DNA of 64,000 nucleotides from Patescibacteria group bacterium (GCA_041660305.1 JBAZWO010000001.1:113909-177908); one strand, 5' to 3'. Shown: positions 46,995 to 57,959, counted from the first letter of the stretch. Notes: a model not told the origin generated them from the sequence alone. Translations and numbers: made by a program.

Positions 46995-48120
46995 AAATCT
47001 GTAAGGTTTTTTTGGCTAGCGCCGGCCAACTATAACGCTCTACTTGTTTAATTCCTGCGGCGATTAACCGCTGACGCAAATCAGTTTTGGTAATATTAGA
47101 TTGCAGTGAAAAAATATGTTTTATTATAACATTAATGTCTTTAAAGTTAAAGTATAACGCCGCATCACCTAAAATTTCTGGCAAACAAGATGCCTGTGAT
47201 GATAATACCGGGGTACCATAATACATGGCCTCTAGGGGTGGCAAACCAAACCCTTCGTACTTTGAAGGAAAAATATAAGCCAACGCTGAACGATACAAAC
47301 TGGGCAATTCGGCATCCGGTATAAAACCAGTAAACACGGTGTGTTTATCTAAATTCATGGCCCACACTTGCTGTTTTAAGCGTTGATAAAAGTAATCTTC
47401 TTTACCAACAAATACCATTTTAAAAAACAACCGGTTTTGCTGTTTCAGCTCTTTCATCATGTTTAAAATAATTTCTAAATTTTTATGCGGATAAGCGTTG
47501 CCGATATATAATAAATACGGTTGGGTAATTTGATATTGCTTTAAAATATCACGCGCGGTTAATTTGGTAGTTTCTACAAACGCGTCTACGGCTTCGTAGG
47601 TTACCATAATGCGCTCGGCGGGCAGTTTAAAATAATCCATCATGTCCTGTTTGGAATATTCCGATACCGTAATGATTTTTTTGGCGCGCCGCGCCGCATG
47701 GGCAATCACCCGATGATAAGCGAATTGTTTCAAACGATACGTTACCGGCGCCAAAGTAGTAGCTCGTTCGGTTGGAAACCGGCTGATAATCAAATCGTGA
47801 ATGGTAACTACGAAAGGCCGCCAATAAATTAACGGCACGTTAAAATGCGGAAAATGCATTAAATCCACTTTAGCGCGGTAAATCAGCCACGGAAAAAATA
47901 TTTGTTCCGCCAATGAATACCAGTGATATGGTGCCAGTACTACTGCTACTTTAGTTGATAACGCTTTAATTTTTTTTTGAGCGGCAACGTCCCGCACAAA
48001 CACTACATACTGGTGTTCATTATCTAAACACAGCAAATACTCCAGCAGTTTCTGCGTATACCGCCCCAGCCCCTTAGATTGTTCCCCGCCATAAAATCGG
48101 GCATCGATACCAATGCGCAT
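46969..48120 (-). CDS. glycosyltransferase family 4
   Basis: EGFGLPPLEAMYYGTPVLSS E-x7-E motif. Confidence 0.75.
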   Translation of the reverse strand: MRIGIDARFYGGEQSKGLGRYTQKLLEYLLCLDNEHQYVVFVRDVAAQKKIKALSTKVAVVLAPYHWYSLAEQIFFPWLIYRAKVDLMHFPHFNVPLIYWRPFVVTIHDLIISRFPTERATTLAPVTYRLKQFAYHRVIAHAARRAKKIITVSEYSKQDMMDYFKLPAERIMVTYEAVDAFVETTKLTARDILKQYQITQPYLLYIGNAYPHKNLEIILNMMKELKQQNRLFFKMVFVGKEDYFYQRLKQQVWAMNLDKHTVFTGFIPDAELPSLYRSALAYIFPSKYEGFGLPPLEAMYYGTPVLSSQASCLPEILGDAALYFNFKDINVIIKHIFSLQSNITKTDLRQRLIAAGIKQVERYSWPALAKKTLQIYESIFTQS

Positions 48121-48207
48121 AGCACATTTCAGTATACATCATTCGTAAAAAAAATCACCCCGCTTCAATGAAGTAACGAGGTGATTTTGTTTTTTTAGAT
48201 GATATGA

Positions 48208-50628
48208 TTAATTTGTTTTAGTAGAATATGTCAGTTCTATTTTATATGTCATTGTTGTAGCGTCATTGGCTAATTGGCCAAAATAAACGTAGCCGTCTAC
48301 AGCATTATCACTGCTCATTGTTAGCTGGCTTTGCTGGCTATAACTATTGGTGCCGGCATCATATTTGGAAACTTTTGCCGTAACCACCTGTTTAACGCCG
48401 TTATTGTTTACTAGCTTCATTTTGAACATATCAGCATCATAAGCCGCTAAATAACCATCAATACCTTGCGTACAGTTATAATAAACTTCCGTAGCGTGAG
48501 CATTGTCATCGCCAAAGTCACTAGCAGATTCATTAATTATTGATGCACAGTTATGATTATTATCTTCTACAGCGACTGTAAAATCCTTAGCAGTATCACC
48601 AGCATAAGAATGTAATTTTAACGTATATGTCTGTGTACAAGTTGTTGCACTATTAGAACAGCCCTCTGCTGTGATACCACTAATAACATAGGAAGCTTGA
48701 CTTTGATTGCTTGTATACACATAACCTGATTTTACAACTTTTCCAGTAGTTTTGTTAGTCAGTGTGTAATCAAATTTCTCGAAAGAATTATATACTGAAT
48801 AATTAATATTAAAGGTATTGCCAACTATTACTGTACTGGGGTCAGCACTAGCCGAATTAATAACTGTTTTGCCAATGTTTATCGTTTGAGAGCCAATACC
48901 ATATTTAGTGTCGGAAACAATATTAAATACACGCGCTTCAATGGTATATTTACCTTCCTTTGCCGACGCTACCGCTTTTGCTTGAGCAGATACAGTTTCT
49001 CCTGTACCGTCTGCTTCAGGCGTTAACTTATAAATACTAAACTCGGATAGATTGTCTTCGCTGTTAATTGTTGTTACGCTGTCTGGCGAGCCAGTGCTGT
49101 TATTATATTTATAATAAATCGTTTGTATTTCCACTTTAGCGATCTTTGATTCTGCATCTGTTGCTGACACTTCGAACGTTATTGGCTTGCCGATATTGTT
49201 TCCGCTTATTACATCAACCGCTAAATAAGTGCTGTTTATCACCGGAGCAGTACCATCACCCGCAACGGAAAAATCTAGCCTTTTTACTGCGCTGTTCATA
49301 TCCGCTAAATTGTTACCAACCATTTCCACATAATAATCGCCGCCTTCGCTTAAAGTTATCGAATCAGACGTAAACGTATCTTCATTTTTATATGTTTCTG
49401 TATCACTCTCATTAACTTTATTCCAAGTAGCTAACCATTTAGATGAAGATCCGTTATCATCTAACAATTTATACAATTTCATGGTACAACCGGCCGCTTT
49501 GGCTTCATTATCTTTAACTATACATTTAAATTTAACTCCCGTACCACTGGCAATCTTTTCAGCCGTATTAATAGTATTATTATTATCTGCCCGAATAACC
49601 GAGCCGCTACTGATAGTTGGTACAGTATCATCGATTACTAAAACGTAATCATTTTCTGTAGACTTATCTAACCAATCAGTTGTTGTAACAGTTATGCTAT
49701 ACATATCTTTTAAAACTAACTGCTTTTCGGTATTTGGACCATAAGAAAACGTAACATTATTATATTCTTGCGAATATATATTTGGATAGGCAGACACTGT
49801 AAATGACTTTTCATCGTTTAAGCTTAACGTATTGCCAGCATAACCAGTAAATTCTAACTGTACTTTTTTAACGGCTATATCATCGTATAAATTTAATACA
49901 AAATCTAATTGCGAACGACTGGCATCATAAGCTAAATAATAAATCCCCGATGTAGTAGCAGCTGATTCCCCACCAATTTTTAAAGATGCCTGAGCCGGAT
50001 TACTTTTGTCTACATATGGCTTATATGCAACCTCCTGACTGCTTTTGGCAGTAACGTACTGATCAGAATAAGCGACTGGATTAAAAACGGTTCTTGCTTT
50101 GAACTCTGTACTAGTAGAACGAACACTGTAAGTTTGTGAGGATACTAATAAACGAATAAGACATTGGCCGGTTCGTTGAGTGGCATCAAAATAACAAGCA
50201 ATCGGCTTACTAACACTGGTATTTAAACTGGTTTCTGGCATTAAATAATCAGCTAATTTTATCACCACGCCCCCGTCGGATGGTATAGCTGTCCCATTGG
50301 CTAATTGTCCGTGATTAGTACCTGTATAAAAAGTTAATGCACTCTTTGACATGTCTACACTAGAAGAAATTTTAGCAATACTGGTGCTAAATTCAATATA
50401 TTCCGCGCCGGCTACAGTAGTATCATTACCGATAAATTTTACAGATGGATCATATACTGCAGCGGCGCTAATCACGTTATAAGTCCCTGGGGTACCGCTT
50501 TGTTTATCAGCATATCTGCCGGTTAATTCAGCGGCCGATGCGCTTTGTGCGCTAAATAATACAATAGCTAATACAGTAGAACTGTAAAGCATTATTTTTT
50601 TTAAATTATTCATAATCATAATTATCAA
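48208..50628 (-). CDS. large secreted Ser/Thr-rich surface protein (putative adhesin / S-layer-like)
   Basis: Signal peptide MNNLKKIMLYSSTVLAIVLFSAQSASA. 806 aa, beta-rich with low-complexity T/S/N composition. Confidence 0.5.
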   Translation of the reverse strand: MIIMIMNNLKKIMLYSSTVLAIVLFSAQSASAAELTGRYADKQSGTPGTYNVISAAAVYDPSVKFIGNDTTVAGAEYIEFSTSIAKISSSVDMSKSALTFYTGTNHGQLANGTAIPSDGGVVIKLADYLMPETSLNTSVSKPIACYFDATQRTGQCLIRLLVSSQTYSVRSTSTEFKARTVFNPVAYSDQYVTAKSSQEVAYKPYVDKSNPAQASLKIGGESAATTSGIYYLAYDASRSQLDFVLNLYDDIAVKKVQLEFTGYAGNTLSLNDEKSFTVSAYPNIYSQEYNNVTFSYGPNTEKQLVLKDMYSITVTTTDWLDKSTENDYVLVIDDTVPTISSGSVIRADNNNTINTAEKIASGTGVKFKCIVKDNEAKAAGCTMKLYKLLDDNGSSSKWLATWNKVNESDTETYKNEDTFTSDSITLSEGGDYYVEMVGNNLADMNSAVKRLDFSVAGDGTAPVINSTYLAVDVISGNNIGKPITFEVSATDAESKIAKVEIQTIYYKYNNSTGSPDSVTTINSEDNLSEFSIYKLTPEADGTGETVSAQAKAVASAKEGKYTIEARVFNIVSDTKYGIGSQTINIGKTVINSASADPSTVIVGNTFNINYSVYNSFEKFDYTLTNKTTGKVVKSGYVYTSNQSQASYVISGITAEGCSNSATTCTQTYTLKLHSYAGDTAKDFTVAVEDNNHNCASIINESASDFGDDNAHATEVYYNCTQGIDGYLAAYDADMFKMKLVNNNGVKQVVTAKVSKYDAGTNSYSQQSQLTMSSDNAVDGYVYFGQLANDATTMTYKIELTYSTKTN

Positions 50629-50768
50629 AATTAATATTAAAAAATTTCGTTCAAGGGCACCATTATATCGAAAAAATCAATTCTGTCAAGGGTAGTTATC
50701 AACAACCAGTTATCAACAATTATTAATGTAACTACTAAAACAACCAATAATGTTGTAATATTAGTCTT

Positions 50769-51476
50769 ATGAATATTTTATCTACCTTAAAAGGAATAAT
50801 TCTAATATTTCTCATGGGCGGAATCGCCTTGTTGCTGGCGGGCGGCACCTGGAGTGGCATAGCTTGGCTGATTGATTATCAAACAGACATAACCACTGGC
50901 ACCGTTACTGAATTCCAAACAGACGCCAAACATAACACTAACACTGCCAATCGACCGGTTGTAACGTTTACCACTTCAACCGGACAAACCTTAACCACAA
51001 CTGGAAAACCAGATTTGTATTACCTTAATCAGCTGGGTGATCAAGTTAAAGTACAGTACCAGCGGACTAATCCAGCCCAAGCTAAAATACTAGAGACCGG
51101 TGATAATAAAGCTATTAGATTCATACTAACTCTTATCGGCGGAATACTTACTGGCATATTTGGCAGTGCGCTGTACTATTTACATTGGCAAATAAAACAC
51201 TATGTTTGGTTAAAACAACACGGCCAAACTATTGCCACCACCTTTCACAGTGCGCCACAATTTTGGTTGAGCTGGTCGGCTATTAATACTCCTTTTCAAA
51301 TTTTCAGCGAATGGGTAGATCCGCAAACTAAGCAAAAACGCTGTTTTGTTAGCAACATTATCCAAAATGGCGCCTTAAAAAACTACACCACCAAAGAACC
51401 GGTGCTGGTATATTTAAACCCAAACAATCCTAGTGATTATTACGTTGATGCCGAACCGTTTGAAAATCTAAAATAA
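50769..51476 (+). CDS. DUF3592-like membrane protein
   Basis: TM, then a beta domain (...VKVQYQRTNPAQAKI), then a second TM. Confidence 0.4.
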   Translation: MNILSTLKGIILIFLMGGIALLLAGGTWSGIAWLIDYQTDITTGTVTEFQTDAKHNTNTANRPVVTFTTSTGQTLTTTGKPDLYYLNQLGDQVKVQYQRTNPAQAKILETGDNKAIRFILTLIGGILTGIFGSALYYLHWQIKHYVWLKQHGQTIATTFHSAPQFWLSWSAINTPFQIFSEWVDPQTKQKRCFVSNIIQNGALKNYTTKEPVLVYLNPNNPSDYYVDAEPFENLK

Positions 51477-51490
51477 TTATCTGCTTAAAT

Positions 51491-52366
51491 TTACTCTTTT
51501 ATCTTATCAGCCGCATAAGGCTGCCAACCATCGCGCGAATTCCACCATTCACCAACCACACGATCCGGTCCAACTACTTCGGCAGATACAATCACCGCGT
51601 CTGGATCGCCGTGGTTAACTTCATAAGTTAAAAAGTTGCCTTCAGGATTAACGCTAAAACCACCAATAACGGTTTCTCCAGAACCGGTGGCGTTATCAGA
51701 TAACACGGCCTCGCCTTGTAATTTTTCACCTCTAAATTCAACGTAAGAATCATTCGCTTCTGCGCCACCCCAATATTGGTGCCAGCGTCCGCGGACATCA
51801 TAATCTTCAATCGTTATATCATCAGATGTATCAATATCTGAATCAGTGTTAGTGTTGGTGTCTGAATCGTTAGTTATATCAGTATCGTCTGTTGCATCAC
51901 TATCAGCGCTAGTGGCTTCAGCCGAGCCCTGTTGCATATCATCGCCGTCGGTACTGGTTATGGTGCCGTTTAGATTGCCATCGCTGGATAGCTCTCCAGT
52001 AAAAACTGTGTCATCAAAAGCAAAAGTTACTGTGCCATCTTCCAAAGCACAGGTACCAATTTCTTCTCCGTCTTCATATAAAATACCGTCGTTTGAATCG
52101 GTGGTAGTTTCGTTTGGTTGACACTCTACTGTTTCCGCATCTGTAGTACCGTCTTCCCATTGCACGGCTATGGTCCACTGCGCATAAATTGTATATGTAC
52201 CGTCGTTGGCGTTGGTATTGGCATTAGTAACCGCTTGATTAGTTTGATTAGTATTGCTGTTAGAAACCGGAACAGGAGCAGTGCAACCAGCGCCAATAAC
52301 CGTTAAAGCGGCTATAAACACAGCTGTTACAGCCGCTGTTAATTTGATATTTGATTGTTTAAACAT
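51491..52366 (-). CDS. acidic Asp/Thr-rich putative lipoprotein
   Basis: Signal peptide with VIGAGC lipobox-like Cys. An lgt gene is present in the window. Confidence 0.45.
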   Translation of the reverse strand: MFKQSNIKLTAAVTAVFIAALTVIGAGCTAPVPVSNSNTNQTNQAVTNANTNANDGTYTIYAQWTIAVQWEDGTTDAETVECQPNETTTDSNDGILYEDGEEIGTCALEDGTVTFAFDDTVFTGELSSDGNLNGTITSTDGDDMQQGSAEATSADSDATDDTDITNDSDTNTNTDSDIDTSDDITIEDYDVRGRWHQYWGGAEANDSYVEFRGEKLQGEAVLSDNATGSGETVIGGFSVNPEGNFLTYEVNHGDPDAVIVSAEVVGPDRVVGEWWNSRDGWQPYAADKIKE

Positions 52367-52447
52367 ATATTTGTTGTGCTTTTAAACTAAATTAACTAAT
52401 TAGTCCTCCGTAACGCAATCATTATATTATAGAATGGTGTAAAAAGT

Positions 52448-53611
52448 CTATTTTTCTTTAATCCAAGCAAACACTTCTGACCAAGGCAACACAGTAACAT
52501 CACCAACTTGGCGGCGTTGTGGTGTTAAACATACGCAGGCTAGTTTAGCTTTAGAAACAATTTCTTTAAACGAATGTAAGCCATGCAAATGCACCGATTG
52601 TATGCGGTCGGTCGATTTAATCTCAATGGCTTTTATAGCGCCGCGCGGCGTTTCTAAAATAAGATCAACTTCGGCACCATGTTCAGTTCGGTAATACGAC
52701 ATGGTGTAATCCAACCGCTGATATTGAATCGTGCGCATAATTTCAAGAATGATAAAATGTTCAAAGGCTCTACCGAAATCATCGGTCTGGCGCTCTAACG
52801 ACACGGTTAGAGTTTTTGTTAAGGCTCGAACAATGCCACGGTCAAAAAAATAAAATTTTGGATGCTGGCTTAAACGTTTGCGCACAGATTTTTTATAAGC
52901 CAATAGAAAAAAACCAATTAATGTATCTTCTAAAATTTGATAATACGCTTTAACAGTTTGATAAGATACGCCGGTTTCACGAGCGATATTGGTAAAATGA
53001 ATGCTATTGCCATTGTCGTGCGCCGCTAATGTTAAAAATTGGATAAATGGATTTAAATTGCGCACCTGGGCTTCTAGTTGGATCTCCTCTTTTAAATACG
53101 TTTCCACATATGATCGTAATAAAGCATTAGCTATCTCACGATCTGGTTCCGTATATATTTTGGGAAGAGTGCCAATTTCCAGCGCTTTTTGCAAAGAAAA
53201 CTGTTCACCTAATTCCATACCGAGCAAAGGAAATAGTTGCAACGTTAACGCTCGACCGCCTAATAAATTGGCCTGACCACGTTTTAATTTTCTTGCGCTA
53301 GAACCAGTTAAAATAATTACCGGAGCCTTCGGTTGTTCCAAAATAAAATGCGCTTCATTTAATAAAGCCGGGATGCGCTGCACTTCGTCGATAACCACAT
53401 GTGTTATAGAAGAATGACGCGTTAATACTTCTTCACGAAATAATTCTGGATGAGTAGACAAACGCAAATACTCTTCTGTTTTAAGCAAATCATAATATAA
53501 AGTATGTTGCCGCGACAATACTTTTTTTAATAAAGTACTTTTCCCCGTTTGACGTGGGCCAAACAAAAAAAAGCTGTTCTTCAAAGGTAATTGTATTACT
53601 CTTGTAATCAT
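52448..53611 (-). CDS. AAA+ ATPase with DUF4143 (COG1373-type)
   Basis: FLFGPRQTGKSTLLKK Walker A and typical length. Confidence 0.65.
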   Translation of the reverse strand: MITRVIQLPLKNSFFLFGPRQTGKSTLLKKVLSRQHTLYYDLLKTEEYLRLSTHPELFREEVLTRHSSITHVVIDEVQRIPALLNEAHFILEQPKAPVIILTGSSARKLKRGQANLLGGRALTLQLFPLLGMELGEQFSLQKALEIGTLPKIYTEPDREIANALLRSYVETYLKEEIQLEAQVRNLNPFIQFLTLAAHDNGNSIHFTNIARETGVSYQTVKAYYQILEDTLIGFFLLAYKKSVRKRLSQHPKFYFFDRGIVRALTKTLTVSLERQTDDFGRAFEHFIILEIMRTIQYQRLDYTMSYYRTEHGAEVDLILETPRGAIKAIEIKSTDRIQSVHLHGLHSFKEIVSKAKLACVCLTPQRRQVGDVTVLPWSEVFAWIKEK

Positions 53612-53723
53612 ACTTCTATATTACAGCGTAATTTAGAAGTTGTCAATCCGTCCCATAGATCTCTTTTTTAATATCATCTAGCTGTTGCACAGCCGCCTAA
53701 TTCAATAAACCCGCAGTCTAGAC

Positions 53724-54842
53724 TTAGTAATGATCGTATTTATAATAATAATAACTAATGGCCTCAAGCTCGCATGCAGAAACTGTATAAAAATACGATC
53801 GCCTACTAAAAGTTTTATTGCTCTGATTTAGTTGCATTGTTTTTTTACGATAGCGCGGATAAATAATATTGACGTAAATATCATACAACGATGTTTTTCC
53901 AGTACAGAATTTAATAAAACGTTCATAAAGTCTGAATAGCTTATTTAATAAATAAAGCAATATAATTGGACTAGGTAGCGCACAAATTAATATAGGGATG
54001 CTGATAATAAGTGTTATTGTTGATTCATTTATTTTTAAAATAACAGCAAAAATATATAATGCTACAATCATTGATATTAAAAGTATAAAAGATGTTATTA
54101 TTAAAATAACAGATAAGATAATTGTTGAAATTATTGACATCGTCCAACCAGCCGCTGGCGTTGCAGAAAAAATTTTTCCAACTGCATCAAGTCGCACTAC
54201 CTTTTTATTATCTAGCTCATTTAAATACTGAATAATTTTTATCACGTCTTTATAGTATTCTCTATCGCAAATAATCAGTCTAGCTGGTTTTTTTTCATCT
54301 TGAGTAAAATCAAGATATAATGATATTTCATAAAAAAGTTTTGTAAAACGACCAAGTGTATTTGGCAACCTATTGAAAGGCCCTATATCAATATATTCCT
54401 CGGTGATTATATTAATTTGGTTAAAAGGGATGACTTTATCTTGTTGACTATTAACATAATAACAAAATAATTTTTTTTGTTCAAAATCAAATATCATTTT
54501 TTTAACACCTCTGTTTTTTAAAACAGCGGAAACAATAGTAACAATACCAATTATCAAGAAAGTTATTATAATATAAACCGATTTACTATCCGGCTTATCT
54601 AAAAAAAATAAATCAAATAAAACTTTTCCTGCCATAACTAAAGCTACCGTAGTAAAAACAATTCCAAAAATGATTCTGACAAAAGAAAATGGTTTTTTAG
54701 TAATTTCTGTTTTATTATTAATTTTTTTGATATTATACATGCTTTTTTGCCAATTATGAAAATATACAATAATTATACAATAATTACCTTTTTTAATCTT
54801 TAAAATATTCTTTTTTAATATACTCAATATCTCCCATGTCAC
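53724..54842 (-). CDS. hypothetical polytopic membrane protein
   Basis: Ile/Leu-rich TM segments. The start is uncertain because it overlaps the zinc-ribbon gene. Confidence 0.35.
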   Translation of the reverse strand: MTWEILSILKKNILKIKKGNYCIIIVYFHNWQKSMYNIKKINNKTEITKKPFSFVRIIFGIVFTTVALVMAGKVLFDLFFLDKPDSKSVYIIITFLIIGIVTIVSAVLKNRGVKKMIFDFEQKKLFCYYVNSQQDKVIPFNQINIITEEYIDIGPFNRLPNTLGRFTKLFYEISLYLDFTQDEKKPARLIICDREYYKDVIKIIQYLNELDNKKVVRLDAVGKIFSATPAAGWTMSIISTIILSVILIITSFILLISMIVALYIFAVILKINESTITLIISIPILICALPSPIILLYLLNKLFRLYERFIKFCTGKTSLYDIYVNIIYPRYRKKTMQLNQSNKTFSRRSYFYTVSACELEAISYYYYKYDHY

Positions 54843-55080
54843 CGCCTAATTCAATAAAACCACAGTCCAAACACATGGAACTATTATGAACTGGTAATAA
54901 ATTTGGCGTTTTATATACTTTAACTTTACCATTTTTTTCAGTACGTTTATCAATATAAAAATTAACACCATGTTCATAAGAATCCAATTCACCAGTAACT
55001 AATTTTCCACTACCACATTTCATACATTTAGTTTGTGGTTTTAATTTTGGAGTATATGTAGCTACATGAAAAAAAGACAT
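54793..55080 (-). CDS. zinc-ribbon protein (two CxxC pairs)
   Basis: CMKCGSG ... CLDCGFIELGG. A 20-codon copy of the C-terminus recurs at 53680-53740. Confidence 0.5.
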   Translation of the reverse strand: MSFFHVATYTPKLKPQTKCMKCGSGKLVTGELDSYEHGVNFYIDKRTEKNGKVKVYKTPNLLPVHNSSMCLDCGFIELGGDMGDIEYIKKEYFKD

Positions 55081-55111
55081 ATAGATAAATTTTATTTAAT
55101 TAATTGAATAA

Positions 55112-55615
55112 TTAATACAGCACTTTATCACTTTTATTATACCATAATTTAAAAACAGCCAAACCGTCTGCTCTGGCTAGTGGCACTAATTTTAAAGGTA
55201 ACTGCTTTTTATTTTTTGTTTTATTAGTTGCACTAGCTATTTGCTGGTAAATTGTTTGATCTTTAAAACCAAGGCCGGCGGCGTCTTGCTTGGTACAGCT
55301 GTAATACACGGTTTTAATGCCGGCCCAATAAATGGCCGCCAAGCACATAGGGCAAGGTTCGCAGGAAGAATAAAGCGCGCAATCGGATAAATCAAACCGG
55401 CGCAAGCGTTTGGCGGCGGCGCGAATGGCTAACATTTCGGCGTGCGCGGTTGGATCGTTGGTTTTAATCACCTGGTTATGATTTTGCGCTATGGCAATTT
55501 GCTGGCGCGCTTGTTTCCGCACAATCACCGCGCCAAATGGTCCGCCGTGATTAGCCAGCACTCCCCGCTTGGCTTCAGTGATCGCTAGATTCATGAACTT
55601 TTGTTGCTTAGTCAT
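55112..55615 (-). CDS. CDA-fold nucleoside/tRNA adenosine deaminase (TadA-like)
   Basis: HAEMLAI ... CEPCPMC zinc-binding motifs. Confidence 0.7.
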   Translation of the reverse strand: MTKQQKFMNLAITEAKRGVLANHGGPFGAVIVRKQARQQIAIAQNHNQVIKTNDPTAHAEMLAIRAAAKRLRRFDLSDCALYSSCEPCPMCLAAIYWAGIKTVYYSCTKQDAAGLGFKDQTIYQQIASATNKTKNKKQLPLKLVPLARADGLAVFKLWYNKSDKVLY

Positions 55616-55621
55616 ATTTTT

Positions 55622-56752
55622 TTAAATTTGTGAAAAAATTTCCAATATTTGCCGCGCGGATTTTTGCCAAGCGTAATTTTTAATTACCGCCTGGCCAGCT
55701 TGGGTTAACTGCGCACGCAATGCTGTGTTGACGTCAAATTCGTGCAGAGCGGCTGATATTTCCGCTACGGAATACGGATTAATATAATAAACTGCATTTT
55801 GTAATACTTCCGGCAACGCACCAACGTGGCTGGCAATCACCGGTACGCCATATTGCAAAGCTTCCAGTGGCGGAAAACCGAAGCCTTCGTAAATGCTGGG
55901 ATACAGCAAGCCGATAGCCTGCTGTAAAATAGCGGCTTTTTGCGCCGCGGTAACATAGCCTAAATAATGCGCGCGTGGTGTAGTTTGAATAGCTTGCAGA
56001 ATTTTTTTAGATTTCCAGCCAGCTGAACCAACTACCACTAAATGCAAATCGCTCGCTTTATGTAATGCACAAAAATGCTGAAACGCTACTAAGCTGGCTA
56101 ACACGTTTTTGCGCGGCTCCAAGGTAGCCAACAATAAAATATAGCGTTTAGGTAAATCGAGTAAATTAATATTAGTTTCGGTTGGGCTTGCTGTAACTGC
56201 TTCCGGTACGCCCGGATAAATCACTGTAATTTTGTCTGGTGATATTTTATACACCTGTTCTAAATCATGCTTAGTGGTTTGCGAAACCGCAATTAAATGC
56301 TTAGCCCGTTGAAATAGTTTACGGCTACATACGGCCCGATGCCACATGCGTCGGCGCCAAGATAAAAATTCCGGAAACAGCGCGAAACTTAAATCATGCA
56401 CCGTTAATATTAATGGTATATTTTTCGATAACGGCAAAAAATGCAAATTCGGCGCAAACCACCCGTCTACTCCGCCCACAATTTTATCCAGCCGCGGCGC
56501 TAAGCCAAGCCAGGCTAAGCCGTGATAAAACTTGTTCGGCCAGCGCCAGTGCACTAATTTAACGTTTTTATATCTAGCCAATGCCTGTAATCGGCTATTA
56601 TCAGCCAAGTTAACCGACCAGCCGCTGAAAAACAATTTAAACTCGTGATCCGGCACCAGCTCCACCAAATTTTTCACGATATGCCAAACATAAGTCCCCA
56701 CCCCCGATGGCTCCCTGTCCGTTAAAGATCTAACATCAATGCCAATGCGCAT
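55622..56752 (-). CDS. glycosyltransferase family 4
   Basis: EGFGFPPLEALQYGVPVIAS. Confidence 0.75.
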   Translation of the reverse strand: MRIGIDVRSLTDREPSGVGTYVWHIVKNLVELVPDHEFKLFFSGWSVNLADNSRLQALARYKNVKLVHWRWPNKFYHGLAWLGLAPRLDKIVGGVDGWFAPNLHFLPLSKNIPLILTVHDLSFALFPEFLSWRRRMWHRAVCSRKLFQRAKHLIAVSQTTKHDLEQVYKISPDKITVIYPGVPEAVTASPTETNINLLDLPKRYILLLATLEPRKNVLASLVAFQHFCALHKASDLHLVVVGSAGWKSKKILQAIQTTPRAHYLGYVTAAQKAAILQQAIGLLYPSIYEGFGFPPLEALQYGVPVIASHVGALPEVLQNAVYYINPYSVAEISAALHEFDVNTALRAQLTQAGQAVIKNYAWQKSARQILEIFSQI

Positions 56753-56961
56753 AGGGAAAGCATAGAATAAAGCATTAATTAAAACAACCCTTCGACTAAG
56801 CTCAGGGTTATTTTAGTTCTTCTGGGTATAAATATTTATTAATATTGCTACGCAAGAGAACTGGAACGAGAATATAGAGACGAAATGACCTCCTTAAGGA
56901 TGTCTCTCCCCCCGTTCCACGTCTCCGACCAATTTCGGAGCAACACCCTCTTGTAAGGATG

Positions 56962-56990
56962 AGCGGCACGCCTGTTTGCCGCTTTTTTTT
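56962..56990 (+). terminator. orphan plus-strand intrinsic terminator (possible 3' end of a small RNA or small-ORF transcript)
   Basis: AGCGGCAcgcctgttTGCCGCTTTTTTTT. No plus-strand CDS lies within 1.3 kb upstream. Confidence 0.55.
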
Positions 56991-57047
56991 CGTCGTCGTC
57001 GTTTTCAGTCGTCGTCCCCGGGCTTCAGGTCACCCGGGTAGTTCGTG

Positions 57048-57959
57048 CTAGACCTCTTCGTAGGATCTGAGTACGTTTTTTATCTCGACCCTCGTCACGA
57101 AAAAGTCGTGTCCGGAAGATTCGCAGATCGCGTTAAAATTTTCCCTGTCCAGAAAATCCCGAGCCCTTTCGAGAAGAGTGGGAGGCATCACTCCCACCAA
57201 CTTGACGAGCATCGGCATATTGAACAACGGAGAAAATCTACGTACGACCCCCTTGTTGTTTACGAGATACGCCACATTTGTTCCCGTTGAATCCAGCGGA
57301 ACTGGAGACGCTCCTTTGGCTATCATAATCAGCTCCTCAAAACCGCCTCCATAATGTCCAGAGGCCAGCCACAATTCGAGCACCTTGGAATCAGAAGAAA
57401 CTACGTTGATCTCGAATACCGACCCCCACAAAACACGAAACTCTCCAGTTCTATCCGGAGGAGCTATAGTATCTGGATCAATTTTTACCACGATCGGCTC
57501 TCCTCCGGGTGCCAGCTCCACAGACGCCTCGATCTTGGTCAGCTCTCCGCCGCAGAGACTGGCGGTCTCGGCGTCGAACGCGACGTCAGTCAACAAAAAA
57601 AACTTTCCGGTTTCTGACTCGAACTTGACTTTGTCTCCATCGCGCCAGACAGGAGCGAGCTTCACCAGCACTGCAGAGACTTTTTCCCCCTCAACAATAA
57701 ATGTGACGGGGAGGACAAGCTCAAGTGCTTGATTGATGCGATCGCTGGTTGGACTGAATTCCGGCGGCCAGTTCGCCGGAGTTTTGAGCGTTCTAGCAGC
57801 CTCTATGGCATCCTGGCAGACAATTTCCAGTTTCTCCAGCGAAAAACTGTAGCCGTCCGCTGGAACGGAAAGACACAACCCCTTCCGAACCACCTTGAGC
57901 TCGACCAGGTCGAGACTCTCGGCTGTAAGAAGGGTTTTCGGGTTTCGAACCTTTGCCAT
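57048..57959 (-). CDS. hypothetical protein, GC-rich orphan
   Basis: 303 aa with ATG at 57957-57959 and AGGAGAAGG upstream. About 52% GC, against about 33% in the flanks. Confidence 0.5.
   Translation of the reverse strand: MAKVRNPKTLLTAESLDLVELKVVRKGLCLSVPADGYSFSLEKLEIVCQDAIEAARTLKTPANWPPEFSPTSDRINQALELVLPVTFIVEGEKVSAVLVKLAPVWRDGDKVKFESETGKFFLLTDVAFDAETASLCGGELTKIEASVELAPGGEPIVVKIDPDTIAPPDRTGEFRVLWGSVFEINVVSSDSKVLELWLASGHYGGGFEELIMIAKGASPVPLDSTGTNVAYLVNNKGVVRRFSPLFNMPMLVKLVGVMPPTLLERARDFLDRENFNAICESSGHDFFVTRVEIKNVLRSYEEV

Noticed and set aside
54793-54842. 50-nt same-strand overlap between the zinc-ribbon gene and the 372-aa membrane-protein ORF
   Set aside because: Probably an over-extended start call for 53724..54842; an internal Met such as MYNIKK is available. 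Not treated as programmed overlap.
56845-56879. Sigma-70-like promoter (ttgcta ... gagaat) for the candidate sRNA
   Set aside because: The -10 match is weak and spacing is ambiguous in AT-rich sequence. Only the terminator is reported as a feature.
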